In this document: piece by piece, positions 32,542-41,784 of the stretch
Layout of the letters: the number at the start of each line of letters is the position of its first letter
How positions within the stretch are numbered: the first letter of the stretch is position 1
Source of the DNA: Bacteroidota bacterium
GTDB lineage: Bacteria > Bacteroidota > Ignavibacteria > UBA10030 > SZUA-254
Length of the DNA stretch: 64,000 nucleotides
NCBI GenBank assembly: GCA_044449065.1
Contig: JBIOHP010000002.1
Location: 117,462-181,461 of the forward strand
Direction of reading: 5' to 3'
Made by a program: the position numbers and the translations under genes
The notes under the pieces: model-generated
Told to the model about the DNA's origin: nothing
The model's input: only the letters and a program-made list of their open reading frames with translations
Databases searched by the model: none

Positions 32542-32828
32542 TTTTTGACCTATATCACAAATTATCGATAAATTTATCCGTACATTCTTTCTATGAACAT
32601 CACAGCCATGCAACGCATATGGCATATATTGATGAGTTTGATTTATTTACAAGCGCGTTTTTGAAGGGAAACGCTTCAATTCCGATAAAGGTGAGTTGAG
32701 TTGTTATTGGTTAAAAGAACAGGGGCGACTCATCCCGTCATGCGAAAAAAGTATGGCGGGACTTTTTTATTTCCCGCTTAACGTAAAATAAAACCTATTC
32801 TTACAATTTCCGGCACCCTGTTCTTCTA

Positions 32829-32950
32829 ACAGGATGCTGAAAAACCCGAACCGAGTCACCCTGAACTTGTTTCAGGGTCTGAATGTGAACAGATTCCGAA
32901 ACAAGTTCGGAATGACTCACTCCAATTTGATACTTTTTCAGCATCCTGCT
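32829..32950. repeat. Approximately 120-bp palindromic intergenic repeat element, copy 1 (REP/MITE-like), two internal hairpins plus a terminal stem
   Basis: AGGATGCTGAAAAA...GAGTCACCCTGAACTTGTTTCAGGG...TTCCGAAACAAGTTCGGAATGACTC...TTTTTCAGCATCCT. About 85% identical to the copy at 39406-39530. Confidence 0.7.
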
Positions 32951-34274
32951 AATGTTTTTTCCCCAGCAGTTTCTTCACCCGGTCGCGATGATTGATATTC
33001 ACCCGGTATTGGATATGGACGCAATTGCCCTCATACGTTTTATTGATTATTTCGACCTCACCATGTAACCGGGCTATTGTTTTATATTCCGACTGGGGAA
33101 TGGTAATTTCTTCAATGATCGAATCTTCATTGAGGATATTCTCAATCATTGCGACCAATCCTGATACATTAATATTCCGAGCCGCTGAGATTATCACGGA
33201 CGGATTATAACGAGTGGTGATATCCTGCACTGCTGAACGATCCGCAACCGCATCGATTTTGTTGAATACAAAGATTGTGGGCTTATCTGCGACCTTCAGT
33301 TCTTCCAGCGTTTGCCGCACAACTTCAATATGTTCGGTAAATTGGGGATGACTTACATCCACCACATGGAGAAGCAAATCCGCCTCTATAACTTCAGTCA
33401 ACGTGCTTTTAAATGATGCAACCAGCGTCGTCGGTAATTTCCGTATGAAACCAACGGTATCGCTCAATAAGATCTTCTTACCGGAAGAAAGGGAAACCTT
33501 TCGCACCGTCGTATCCAGGGTTGCAAATAGCCGGTCTTCAACCAGCACGTCCGCATTGGAAAACAACTTTAGCAACGTCGATTTCCCGGCATTCGTATAC
33601 CCGACTAATGCGACCCGAACAAGATCAGATCGGCGGTTCCGTTGTACATTCCGTTCAAGTTCGATACCGTGAAGTTTCTCTTTTAAAAGACTTATCCGTT
33701 TACGGATAGCTCTCCGGTCAGATTCAATCTGTGTTTCGCCGGGACCTTTTGTTCCCACGCCCCCGAATTGTTTCGATAAGTGAGTCCATTGCCGCGTGAG
33801 CCGCGGCAGCATATATTGCAATTGTGCAAGCTCCACCTGGGTCATTGCTTCTTTCGATTTCGCGCGGAAGGCGAAAATATCTAAAATCAATCCGCTCCGG
33901 TCAATAATTTTGCATTTAATGTGTTTTTCAAGATTCCGGATTTGAACCGGCGAGAGATCGTCGTCAAAAATTACCATGCTGATGTTTTCATCGGCAACAA
34001 GCTCCCCGATTTCTCTTGCTTTTCCGCTTCCGATGAAGGTCGCTGCGTCCATGCGATCACGTTCCTGCAATATCATATGCTGAACCGCTGCGCCGGCGGT
34101 ATCGGCTAACCGTTTGAGTTCCTCAAGATATTCCTCGGCATGTTCACGGGTTTGTTTCCGTCGCACCAGCCCGACAACAATAGCAGTCTCCGGTTTTGCA
34201 GTATCTTTTGAACGGGCGATTTCTCTCCGCTCAGGTTTTAGGGTCTCGATACTATCTTCATTAATCTTACTCAA
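32949..34274 (-). CDS. hflX: GTPase HflX
   Basis: G1 motif VALVGYTNAGKSTL, DTVG, NKID, and the HflX N-terminal domain pattern (IFDDDLSPVQIRNLE). The maximal ORF starts at ATG 34364 but overlaps the upstream gene by 94 bp. TTG at 34274 preceded by GGAG, forming a TTGA overlap with the upstream stop, is proposed as the start. Confidence 0.8.
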   Translation of the reverse strand: MSKINEDSIETLKPERREIARSKDTAKPETAIVVGLVRRKQTREHAEEYLEELKRLADTAGAAVQHMILQERDRMDAATFIGSGKAREIGELVADENISMVIFDDDLSPVQIRNLEKHIKCKIIDRSGLILDIFAFRAKSKEAMTQVELAQLQYMLPRLTRQWTHLSKQFGGVGTKGPGETQIESDRRAIRKRISLLKEKLHGIELERNVQRNRRSDLVRVALVGYTNAGKSTLLKLFSNADVLVEDRLFATLDTTVRKVSLSSGKKILLSDTVGFIRKLPTTLVASFKSTLTEVIEADLLLHVVDVSHPQFTEHIEVVRQTLEELKVADKPTIFVFNKIDAVADRSAVQDITTRYNPSVIISAARNINVSGLVAMIENILNEDSIIEEITIPQSEYKTIARLHGEVEIINKTYEGNCVHIQYRVNINHRDRVKKLLGKKH

Positions 34275-36469
34275 GCAGGCGCTTTCTCCTTCTCCCGGCT
34301 GTCGTGGGCAATGATCATTTCGATGATGACGAGGAGGAGACATAACGCCAGCAAATATTTCCACAACTCAACGCCGAACCGTGACTGGAGCACCGTCGTT
34401 TGGATTGCTGCCGCCTGGTCGACTGATGGAATGATTTTCGGTTCTATGCCTTTTTTCTTCCAAAACTCTTCCATGGCGCCTAAAGACATCTTGCGTGTAT
34501 CCGATTCGCGGCTATCGATATTAACATCGAAGACGGAAAGGAGAACGCTCCCGCTTTTCAGATCGTAGAAACCCGGCACGATTACATGCGGTTTCACGAA
34601 TGTAAGACTCCCGATAGGCAGGAGATTTCTCGGCGATCCTTCTGAAGTAATTTCTTTCAATTTATTCTCATTTGTTGGGACCATTAATTCCTGCGTGCCA
34701 TCGGGAGAATAGAGCGTGTATTTTGTTTCTCCGGTTACTTCTGTCGGTTCAATTGAGATAATGGCGTCCTGCCCGGTAAGATATGATTGATTAACTGCCG
34801 GATGTGCGCCGAGGTATAATACGGAGCGATAAATCAGGGGAACGAAAATCCCTTTGAGCGGAAAATCAGACCAGGAAAGCACGGGTGAAACTGAATAAAA
34901 GAGAATTTTTCCGCTGCCGAGCGTATGTTCCGAAAGAAAGGACATTCCATCGGTCTGCGAAATAATTACATGGCTATTCACGCCGACTTGCCGCTGAAGC
35001 GACCGGAGAATCGCGGGCGATTCGATTGTACGCTTATCGCCGTTAAATCCCGGCAACGTTTTATCAAAAATTGTATTAAATAACGGATGATCAAGATCGA
35101 TTTTCTGGAATGAAACCGAAGAATTCGCATTTGTATTTCCGGTTACTCCCGCAACGGACGGAACAGCAAGAGAGGGAAGAAATTCCGCGTTGAACTCCCC
35201 TTGTTGAAATGCTGACGACGGAAAAATTATAACCCCGCCGCCATGTTCAACAAATTCTTTAATACTCTTGAAACCGATACTCGATATTCCCTTGGTATTC
35301 ATGATTATCAAAACGTCGGTGCGCTTTAAATCGACAGTTGGAAATTTATCCGAAGTTACTTGTTGAACATTGACCAATGACTGAAGCGAATCTGCCCTGC
35401 CTGCTTGCAATGCCAGGGCAGGAAAATGAGCATCACCAGGATTATCGGCAACGAGCGCAACATTGATCCGTTCGGGAATCGATAATGTAAAATACCGCCG
35501 GTTATCCTGTTCCAAGGCGTCATTTTCAGTTTCAACATACCCCTTGATTAACCCGGCATGTTTAGGAATTACCTTCAAGATGACTGTTGCCGTCCCCCAC
35601 GGATCGATACGCACGCTTTGCTGGGCAGCCCGCGCATTTTCAAGGTATCCGCTTACTACATAATTGGAAACGGGGGTGGGGGTAAAATTTCTGATGATTG
35701 CGCTGAGCTCAACCGGCTTGCCGACTTCCAGAATTTTGTTTAACACCTCAACAGAATCGATACCGATATTATCAATTTCTTTTGTGCCGACTTCGACTAA
35801 AAAAAATCTGTTCGGAGAATTCGTATTGTCCGCACTATCCTTGGTGGTGGAAGTAAATAACGTTCGCTGCATATCCGAGATGATGTAGACCTCTTTATTG
35901 GCATTCTTCGATTTGGCAAGAAGTCTTTCGGCTGTGCGCGCCGCTTCATCGATTGAACGGGTAACGCTGGTGATATTCGACTCGCGGATGAGCGTTCTGA
36001 GAGCGCTAAAATCGTGCGTTGCAGGATCGATAGTGGCATTCGGCAAATCGGATAGCTTGATAAGATATACTTCATCGCCCTGGTTCAGCACATCGATGAT
36101 TTTTTCCGTTTTATCTTTCGCCTGCTTAAACAACTCGCCGTACTGATCGCTTCCGGTCATGCTGAATGAATCATCAAAAATAATCGCGACGGATGAATGG
36201 GCATTCGCGCCTAATTTTCCAAAGAGCGCCCCTCGTAAAGCCGGTCTCGCAAATGCAAACACTAAACACAGGACTATCAACGTCCGCACAAGAAGAAGCA
36301 GCCACTGACGTATTTTTAACCGGCGGATTTTGGTTTGCTGTAATTCTTTCAGAAACGAAAGCGTGCTAAACTCTATCGTTCGTAACTTCCGTAAGTTGAG
36401 TAGATGAAGAATAACAGGAATTGCCGCAGCGACTAACCCGAACAGAACGAGCGGATTAAGAAATGTCAT
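34271..36469 (-). CDS. VWA-domain membrane protein with an N-terminal double-TM domain (BatA-like aerotolerance-family architecture)
   Basis: N-terminus MTFLNPLVLFGLVAAAIPVILHLL (characteristic double-TM N-terminal domain). VAIIFDDSFSM (VWA MIDAS-like DxSxS). C-terminal TM. Confidence 0.55.
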   Translation of the reverse strand: MTFLNPLVLFGLVAAAIPVILHLLNLRKLRTIEFSTLSFLKELQQTKIRRLKIRQWLLLLVRTLIVLCLVFAFARPALRGALFGKLGANAHSSVAIIFDDSFSMTGSDQYGELFKQAKDKTEKIIDVLNQGDEVYLIKLSDLPNATIDPATHDFSALRTLIRESNITSVTRSIDEAARTAERLLAKSKNANKEVYIISDMQRTLFTSTTKDSADNTNSPNRFFLVEVGTKEIDNIGIDSVEVLNKILEVGKPVELSAIIRNFTPTPVSNYVVSGYLENARAAQQSVRIDPWGTATVILKVIPKHAGLIKGYVETENDALEQDNRRYFTLSIPERINVALVADNPGDAHFPALALQAGRADSLQSLVNVQQVTSDKFPTVDLKRTDVLIIMNTKGISSIGFKSIKEFVEHGGGVIIFPSSAFQQGEFNAEFLPSLAVPSVAGVTGNTNANSSVSFQKIDLDHPLFNTIFDKTLPGFNGDKRTIESPAILRSLQRQVGVNSHVIISQTDGMSFLSEHTLGSGKILFYSVSPVLSWSDFPLKGIFVPLIYRSVLYLGAHPAVNQSYLTGQDAIISIEPTEVTGETKYTLYSPDGTQELMVPTNENKLKEITSEGSPRNLLPIGSLTFVKPHVIVPGFYDLKSGSVLLSVFDVNIDSRESDTRKMSLGAMEEFWKKKGIEPKIIPSVDQAAAIQTTVLQSRFGVELWKYLLALCLLLVIIEMIIAHDSREKEKAPA

Positions 36470-36646
36470 AAACCCCCGTTGAAATCAATAAAGCATGGAA
36501 TATCATTGATTAAATGACAGAAAAAAACGGGTGAAAAGCAAGATGATTCTTGATGGATTATTCTGACAAATGAACCAAAATTCCCAAAATTCATATTGCC
36601 TTTTCAGCCAAAGTTTCTTACATTGTATTCGCTTAAGTTAAGTCAT

Positions 36647-36721
36647 CGGGATGTAGCGCAGCTCGGCTAGCGCGCCTGCCTTGGGCGCAGGAGGTCCCGG
36701 GTTCAAATCCCGGCATCCCGA
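36647..36721 (+). tRNA. tRNA-Pro (anticodon TGG)
   Basis: Cloverleaf folded by hand: acceptor CGGGATG/CATCCCG, D-arm GCGC/GCGC, anticodon stem CCTGC/GCAGG with loop CTTGGGC (anticodon UGG), T-arm CCGGG-TTCAAAT-CCCGG, discriminator A. CCA is not encoded. Confidence 0.85.
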
Positions 36722-37016
36722 CTATCGTTGTATTTATCGAGACGACAAAAACTCAAGATGGTGACGCTTCTTAATATCTCGAAAACAACCTGAGTGATGC
36801 AACCCACATCGTATTGTGTATGCTATCGGGAGGGGAAAGTGTAAAAATCAGCGTCTATTCTGACATTTTCCGGTAACTCCCAAAGATTAAACGCAGGTCA
36901 GTATTACCGGTCACCTTCATTCTTGCTTTTATTCTGCGTTTTCGTTAATTTGGCACACGTACTTACAATTAAACTATTTTTAAAATTATGATTACAATAT
37001 CACAGAAGGAGAATCC

Positions 37017-37385
37017 ATGCTAAATCAACGCAGCATTCTTGTTGTGGATGATGAAGAAGCTCTTCGCACTGTTCTGAGCAGTGAACTTTCCAGCGAGGGG
37101 TATAATGTTGATACGGCGTCGGACGGCGACGATGCGATCGCGGTCCTCCAGGGCAAACAATTCGACCTTGTTCTCCTTGATATTAAGATGCCGCGGGTTG
37201 ACGGATTTGAAGTTTTGAAATTCATCAAAAAAGGTACCCCCCAGATTAAAGTTATCATGCTCACGGCGTTTGCAGACCTTAAAAATGCCATTGAATCCAA
37301 GAAGCTCGGAGCGGAAGATTTTATCAGCAAACCGTACGATCTTGTCGATCTTTTAACCACCATCGAACGCGTGCTTAGCGAATAG
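37017..37385 (+). CDS. Single-domain response regulator (CheY-like receiver)
   Basis: ILVVDDEE...D...LLDIKMPRVDG...K receiver motifs. 122 aa. Confidence 0.8.
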   Translation: MLNQRSILVVDDEEALRTVLSSELSSEGYNVDTASDGDDAIAVLQGKQFDLVLLDIKMPRVDGFEVLKFIKKGTPQIKVIMLTAFADLKNAIESKKLGAEDFISKPYDLVDLLTTIERVLSE

Positions 37386-37418
37386 TTTTTACCGCGATCG
37401 AAGGAGACCGGAGAAGTT

Positions 37419-38759
37419 GTGCCGCAACGTTACAACATTTTAATTGTAGATGACGAGGCGTCATTTACCGAAATCCTTCGAGAAGAGCTCCAGGAGGAAG
37501 GTATCTATGAAGTCGATCTCGCGTTCGACGGCGTGGAAGCGATCAATCTCATCCAGAAAAAATTATATGACGTAGTCCTCCTCGATATTAAAATGCCGCG
37601 GGTCAGCGGCATTGAAGTTTTGCAATTCATTCAAGAACATTCTCCCTCTTCCCAGGTTATCATTCTCTCCCAGTTCGCCGATGTAAAGATGGCGGTTGAA
37701 ACCACCAAGTTAGGCGCATACGAGGTGCTGGGGAAACCGTACGATTTCGATCAGGTGGAACAAACAATCCACCGCGCTATCGACCGGAAAAAGCTTGCCA
37801 TCGATAATACACTGATGAAGACGGAGCTTTCCCGGAAAGCCGGCACGTTTGAGATCATCGGGAAAAGCCCGCGTATCCAGCGCGTCATGATCGACGCCGA
37901 AAAAGTTGCCGATAGCGAATCCATCGTGCTTATCACCGGAGCAAGCGGCACCGGTAAAGAACTCATCGCCCATTTAATCCATGATCGGAGTCCCAGACGG
38001 TCGCGTCCGTTCGTGCCCGTAAACTGTTCCTCCATCCCCGATACGCTTTTAGAGAGCGAATTATTCGGTCATGAGAAAGGCGCATTCACCAATGCATATA
38101 CCGCCAAGCCGGGTTTGGTTGAAGTTGCAAACGGCGGCACGCTCTTTCTCGATGAAGTTGGCGATATAAGTCCGGTGATTCAACCGAAGCTGCTGAGGTT
38201 TTTGGAAACGGGAGATTTCAGGCGCGTCGGCGGCACCAACGAATTGAAAGCGAATGTGCGCGTAGTGTCCGCGACCAATAAGAACCTCCAGGAAGAAGCA
38301 AAAGCCGGAAGATTCCGCGATGATCTTCTCTACCGGTTGAATGTTATAACGATTCTCATTCCCACGCTGAACCAGCGCCTTGAGGATATTCCTCTGCTGG
38401 TGGATTTTTTCCTTCAGAAAAAATCCAAGCTCAGTGCGCCAAAACGCGTGAGCGAAGAAGCGATGAAATCCCTCATGTTGTATGAATGGCCCGGGAATAT
38501 ACGGGAGCTGGAACATGTTATCGAACGCGCTATAATTTTATCGACCGGCGATCAGATTGAGATTACCGATCTCCATCTCACAAACAACGGAAGCATCGGG
38601 GCGCCCGCCGATCTTTCACTCGACGAGCTTGAGAAACAGCATATCGAGAAAGTTCTTAAACTCTTCGGCGGAAACCGCAAACAGACATCTGAGGCGCTCG
38701 GTATAAGCCAGAAAACTCTCTACCTGAAAATTAAGGATTATAAGATACAGGTAGATTGA
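37419..38759 (+). CDS. Sigma-54-dependent Fis-family transcriptional activator (NtrC-like: receiver + AAA+ + HTH)
   Basis: Receiver domain, Walker A GASGTGKE, GAFTGA-type motif ESELFGHEKGAFTNA, Walker B LFLDEVG, C-terminal Fis-type HTH (QTSEALGISQKTLYLKIK). Confidence 0.85.
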   Translation: MPQRYNILIVDDEASFTEILREELQEEGIYEVDLAFDGVEAINLIQKKLYDVVLLDIKMPRVSGIEVLQFIQEHSPSSQVIILSQFADVKMAVETTKLGAYEVLGKPYDFDQVEQTIHRAIDRKKLAIDNTLMKTELSRKAGTFEIIGKSPRIQRVMIDAEKVADSESIVLITGASGTGKELIAHLIHDRSPRRSRPFVPVNCSSIPDTLLESELFGHEKGAFTNAYTAKPGLVEVANGGTLFLDEVGDISPVIQPKLLRFLETGDFRRVGGTNELKANVRVVSATNKNLQEEAKAGRFRDDLLYRLNVITILIPTLNQRLEDIPLLVDFFLQKKSKLSAPKRVSEEAMKSLMLYEWPGNIRELEHVIERAIILSTGDQIEITDLHLTNNGSIGAPADLSLDELEKQHIEKVLKLFGGNRKQTSEALGISQKTLYLKIKDYKIQVD

Positions 38760-38857
38760 TACTCCATTAACCGATTTATCATTTTTTCAACATAGGTCGA
38801 ATTCCTATTGATATTTTCCAGTTTGTGCATTATATTAAAACGCTCTACTGATATAAC

Positions 38858-39397
38858 ATGCAGATTAAAACCGGAAAAAACATAAAAATTCTACTGTCGC
38901 TGTTTTTCGTTCTCATCCTTATCACGGGAGAGACGGCATTTATTTCCTTCACAACGATTTTCCAATCGACAGCGCATCAGAAAATCGCTGAATCTGTACG
39001 CGAAGGATGCGAGTCCTCCTCCATTGTTCAACTCTGGTATGACCCCCGTGAACCGGAAAATCAAATGATCGTAAGAAACGAAGATCAAACCGTGCTCTGG
39101 GAGGGAGTCGCATATTCAATTGTTTCCATCATTCCGACCTCGGAAGACATTCTTTATCTATGCATGACGGATAACGGCGAAACTTATGTTGAATCCACCG
39201 GCACGCGTTTTTCACCGCAGCACCCCGATCCGATAAAAAACGGATTGAAGGGAAAAGTACTTCTCGGACAATTTATCCAACTCGATGAGATTGTGAGCAT
39301 TCACTGCCCCTATAATGGCGAGCTAACCGCCCCCGCTCACCCGCGGCTGCAAAGCTTCTACCCCGAAATCTCTCCACCCCCTCCCCGTTTAAGTTAA
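38858..39397 (+). CDS. Hypothetical secreted protein
   Basis: 179 aa with an N-terminal signal/TM segment KILLSLFFVLILITG. No motif recognised. Confidence 0.4.
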   Translation: MQIKTGKNIKILLSLFFVLILITGETAFISFTTIFQSTAHQKIAESVREGCESSSIVQLWYDPREPENQMIVRNEDQTVLWEGVAYSIVSIIPTSEDILYLCMTDNGETYVESTGTRFSPQHPDPIKNGLKGKVLLGQFIQLDEIVSIHCPYNGELTAPAHPRLQSFYPEISPPPPRLS

Positions 39398-39405
39398 TAA
39401 ACACG

Positions 39406-39530
39406 GCAGGGTGTTGAAAAACCCTAACTCGAGTCACCCTGAACTTGTTTCAGGGTCTGAACGCTTACAGATTCCGAAACAAGTTCGGATTGACTCATTC
39501 CAATTCGAGACTATTTCAACACCCTGCTAG
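39406..39530. repeat. Palindromic intergenic repeat element, copy 2 (same family as 32829-32950)
   Basis: AGGGTGTTGAAAAACCC...GAGTCACCCTGAACTTGTTTCAGGGTCTGAA...AGATTCCGAAACAAGTTCGGATTGACTCA...TTTCAACACCCT. Terminal stems differ from copy 1 by compensatory changes. Confidence 0.7.
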
Positions 39531-39696
39531 AAGGATTTACGCCAAAAGGATAGCGTTTATCCTTTCTGGCAGTGTTACACAGTCTGTGTGAAAGGTCGTC
39601 ATTGCGAGTCCCGTCATTCTTTTTGACGGGACGTCGCAATCTCCTCACATCGATGTAAATTGCTGAGAATTGATGTTGTCCAAAAAATATTAATCG

Positions 39697-39790
39697 CTTC
39701 TCTGAGTCATCCCGAACTTGTTTCGGGATCCAAAAATTGGTGACTATAGATGCTGAAACAAGTTCAGCATGACTCACCGAACTCAGGGAA
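39697..39790. repeat. Palindromic repeat element, copy 3 (core only, diverged)
   Basis: CTGAGTCATCCCGAACTTGTTTCGGGAT...GATGCTGAAACAAGTTCAGCATGACTCAC. Both internal hairpins are retained with compensatory substitutions relative to copies 1 and 2. Confidence 0.55.
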
Positions 39791-39826
39791 GTATTTTTGT
39801 TAACAAAATTTTTACGGAGAATAAAC

Positions 39827-40693
39827 ATGAAACCTTTAATAATTATTACATTTTTAATTTTATGTTCAATCCCTGCACTCGCGCAGCAGCGGGATACATC
39901 GCAGGTGGTGCTGCCACCAATAACGGTTACGGCGTACAAAGAGAACCAACCCATCGGTGCATATAAACAACCGGAATGGACCACCCGCCGTCGTTTCCCT
40001 ACCACGAGAGTGTATATCCAGACGCAACCCGGTGAAGCCGAGTTTGAGCAGTGGGTTGAAGTGCGTGAGGAAAAAGCAAGCGCCGGCGGCGCCAAGAAAG
40101 CGCGGATTTCACAAGAACTGGAATTCGGGCTTGGAGCGCATACGCAGCTTGATATCTATATGAACAGCATCAGGTACTGGGATGGACAGGCGTCATCCTT
40201 CAATTCACGGGGATGGTCGGTTGAAATGCGCTGGGCGCTTGCCGATTGGGGCTCGCTTCCGGGCAACCCGACTCTCTACTTCGAATACTCAACGTTCGAC
40301 GCAGTCAATGGTGACGAAGACCAAGGGTACGATAAAATCGAACCGAAACTCCTTCTTGGAGGAGAGTTGGGAAACCTCTGGCATTGGGGTTTGAACATCG
40401 TAACGGAACGCGGGTTAGCGCCCGCCGATTATCGTGATGAAGAATATGTTGTCACCGGCGCTGCATCCTATATCGTCGCGGATGAATTATTTTCCATCGG
40501 ACCGGCGTTTCAATATAAATATGAGATAGGCCGAGCGACAGGCACACCCAACTGGCGCACCCATTATTTACTTGGACCCACAATGCAATACCGTCCTGTA
40601 AAACGCGCCTTCCTCGATGTTGAACCGCTCTTCGGCGTCACCGATCAATCGCGCTTGCTCGATATGACAATTGTTTTTGGGTGGACGTTATAA
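39827..40693 (+). CDS. Hypothetical secreted / outer-membrane protein
   Basis: Signal peptide MKPLIIITFLILCSIPALAQQ. Aromatic-rich, with alternating hydrophobic C-terminal strands consistent with a beta-barrel. The start is placed at 39827 rather than the ORF-track start at 39797. Confidence 0.45.
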   Translation: MKPLIIITFLILCSIPALAQQRDTSQVVLPPITVTAYKENQPIGAYKQPEWTTRRRFPTTRVYIQTQPGEAEFEQWVEVREEKASAGGAKKARISQELEFGLGAHTQLDIYMNSIRYWDGQASSFNSRGWSVEMRWALADWGSLPGNPTLYFEYSTFDAVNGDEDQGYDKIEPKLLLGGELGNLWHWGLNIVTERGLAPADYRDEEYVVTGAASYIVADELFSIGPAFQYKYEIGRATGTPNWRTHYLLGPTMQYRPVKRAFLDVEPLFGVTDQSRLLDMTIVFGWTL

Positions 40694-41134
40694 ATGGAAG
40701 AATGAGAGGTCGCTCCGAAAATAGATAAGTCTTTTGGGAGCAACCTCTTGGAGTTTAATGGTGAGGGAACGTTGATATTCAATCCTGCCTGTTTTTTAAA
40801 CCTATCGAATTCGATGGGTTTAAAAAGAGGTTTTTGGATTTTGCTATTTCTTTGAATATACCAAGATTTAATCTCTCACAAATTCCTTAAAATCGACGTA
40901 TATTCAACAATATTTTGATTTTCATTAAATTTTACTTGACAAAATCTTGATACTTTCGTAAATTCTTAAGTATTTTTGCAGGGTATAATCGATACATGCA
41001 CTTTGTATCGATGGGGTTATACATTCATTTAAATAATTTCACTTAATGGCGAGTACGCTTTTTTAGGATAGGGATTATTTCATTTCGCCATAAAAAATAT
41101 TTTAAAATTCTTTCAAAAAAATTAAAGCAGACAT

Positions 41135-41302
41135 ATGAGCACATGTAAGGAATGTAAAGGTAAAGGTTCCGCACAATGTCCAAAATGTCATGGGACTGGG
41201 CGTCTTGGAGGTGGAATATTAAGTTCATCATATCAATGCAACAATTGTAATGGTTCCGGCAAGGTAAAATGCGGCGTTTGCAATGGTAAAGGTAACATTT
41301 GA
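41135..41302 (+). CDS. Mini zinc-ribbon protein with four CxxCxGxG repeats (DnaJ cysteine-rich-domain-like), 55 aa; missed by the ORF track (under 60 aa)
   Basis: MSTCKECKGKGSAQCPKCHGTGRLGGGILSSSYQCNNCNGSGKVKCGVCNGKGNI read directly. Four evenly spaced CxxCxGxG motifs. First gene of the AT-rich island. Confidence 0.5.
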   Translation: MSTCKECKGKGSAQCPKCHGTGRLGGGILSSSYQCNNCNGSGKVKCGVCNGKGNI

Positions 41303-41762
41303 AGTCAATGAAATAGTTAGGAAAATATTTTTGAAAATCGAAGAAATAATTAAATATTTAAAATCTCGTTATACGGCTAATTTTCGTCAGGATTCACCTA
41401 CTTATTGGAGAGTAGAGGTAATGACAACGGAAGGGCGATCACAAGTTGTACATTTGATATACAAGAAAATAATTTTGGCGGGCCAAGATTTATCGAGGCT
41501 GATTGCTGAGAGTCCCATAGGACCTTTATACAAGCACTTCAATTATGAAACCATTTTGAGGAAAAACGCGGAATTAGATGTAGGGGCAATATGCATTGAA
41601 GATCTTAAAAATGAAGAAAATTTATTTGTTTCCTACTTGACCCTCCGCTCAACTCATCTTGTGCCAACTGCTGATTATGAGGAGATACAAGAATTGATAG
41701 AGAAAACAGCTTTTGTCGCTGATCAATTAGAGAAAGAGATTTATGCAAGAGACTATCACTGA
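41283..41762 (+). CDS. Hypothetical soluble protein (island gene 2)
   Basis: 159 aa ORF. The start overlaps the last 20 nt of the zinc-ribbon ORF in another frame. No motif recognised. Start uncertain. Confidence 0.4.
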   Translation: MVKVTFEVNEIVRKIFLKIEEIIKYLKSRYTANFRQDSPTYWRVEVMTTEGRSQVVHLIYKKIILAGQDLSRLIAESPIGPLYKHFNYETILRKNAELDVGAICIEDLKNEENLFVSYLTLRSTHLVPTADYEEIQELIEKTAFVADQLEKEIYARDYH

Positions 41763-41784
41763 ATTCTTATAAAAGGAGAATATC

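Noticed and set aside
36647-36721. tRNA-Pro as an integration site for the AT-rich island
   Set aside because: The island begins about 4 kb downstream, with native GC-rich genes in between, and no direct repeat of the tRNA 3' end was found at the island borders.
36946-36962. TGGCAC motif upstream of the receiver gene as a sigma-54 promoter
   Set aside because: TGGCACACGTACTTAC has the -24 GG but lacks the -12 GC element at the correct spacing (TTGC). It is not a convincing sigma-54 promoter.
39511-40095. 194-aa minus-strand ORF
   Set aside because: It spans the palindromic repeat elements and the start of the real + strand gene 39827..40693. The translation is low complexity. Spurious.
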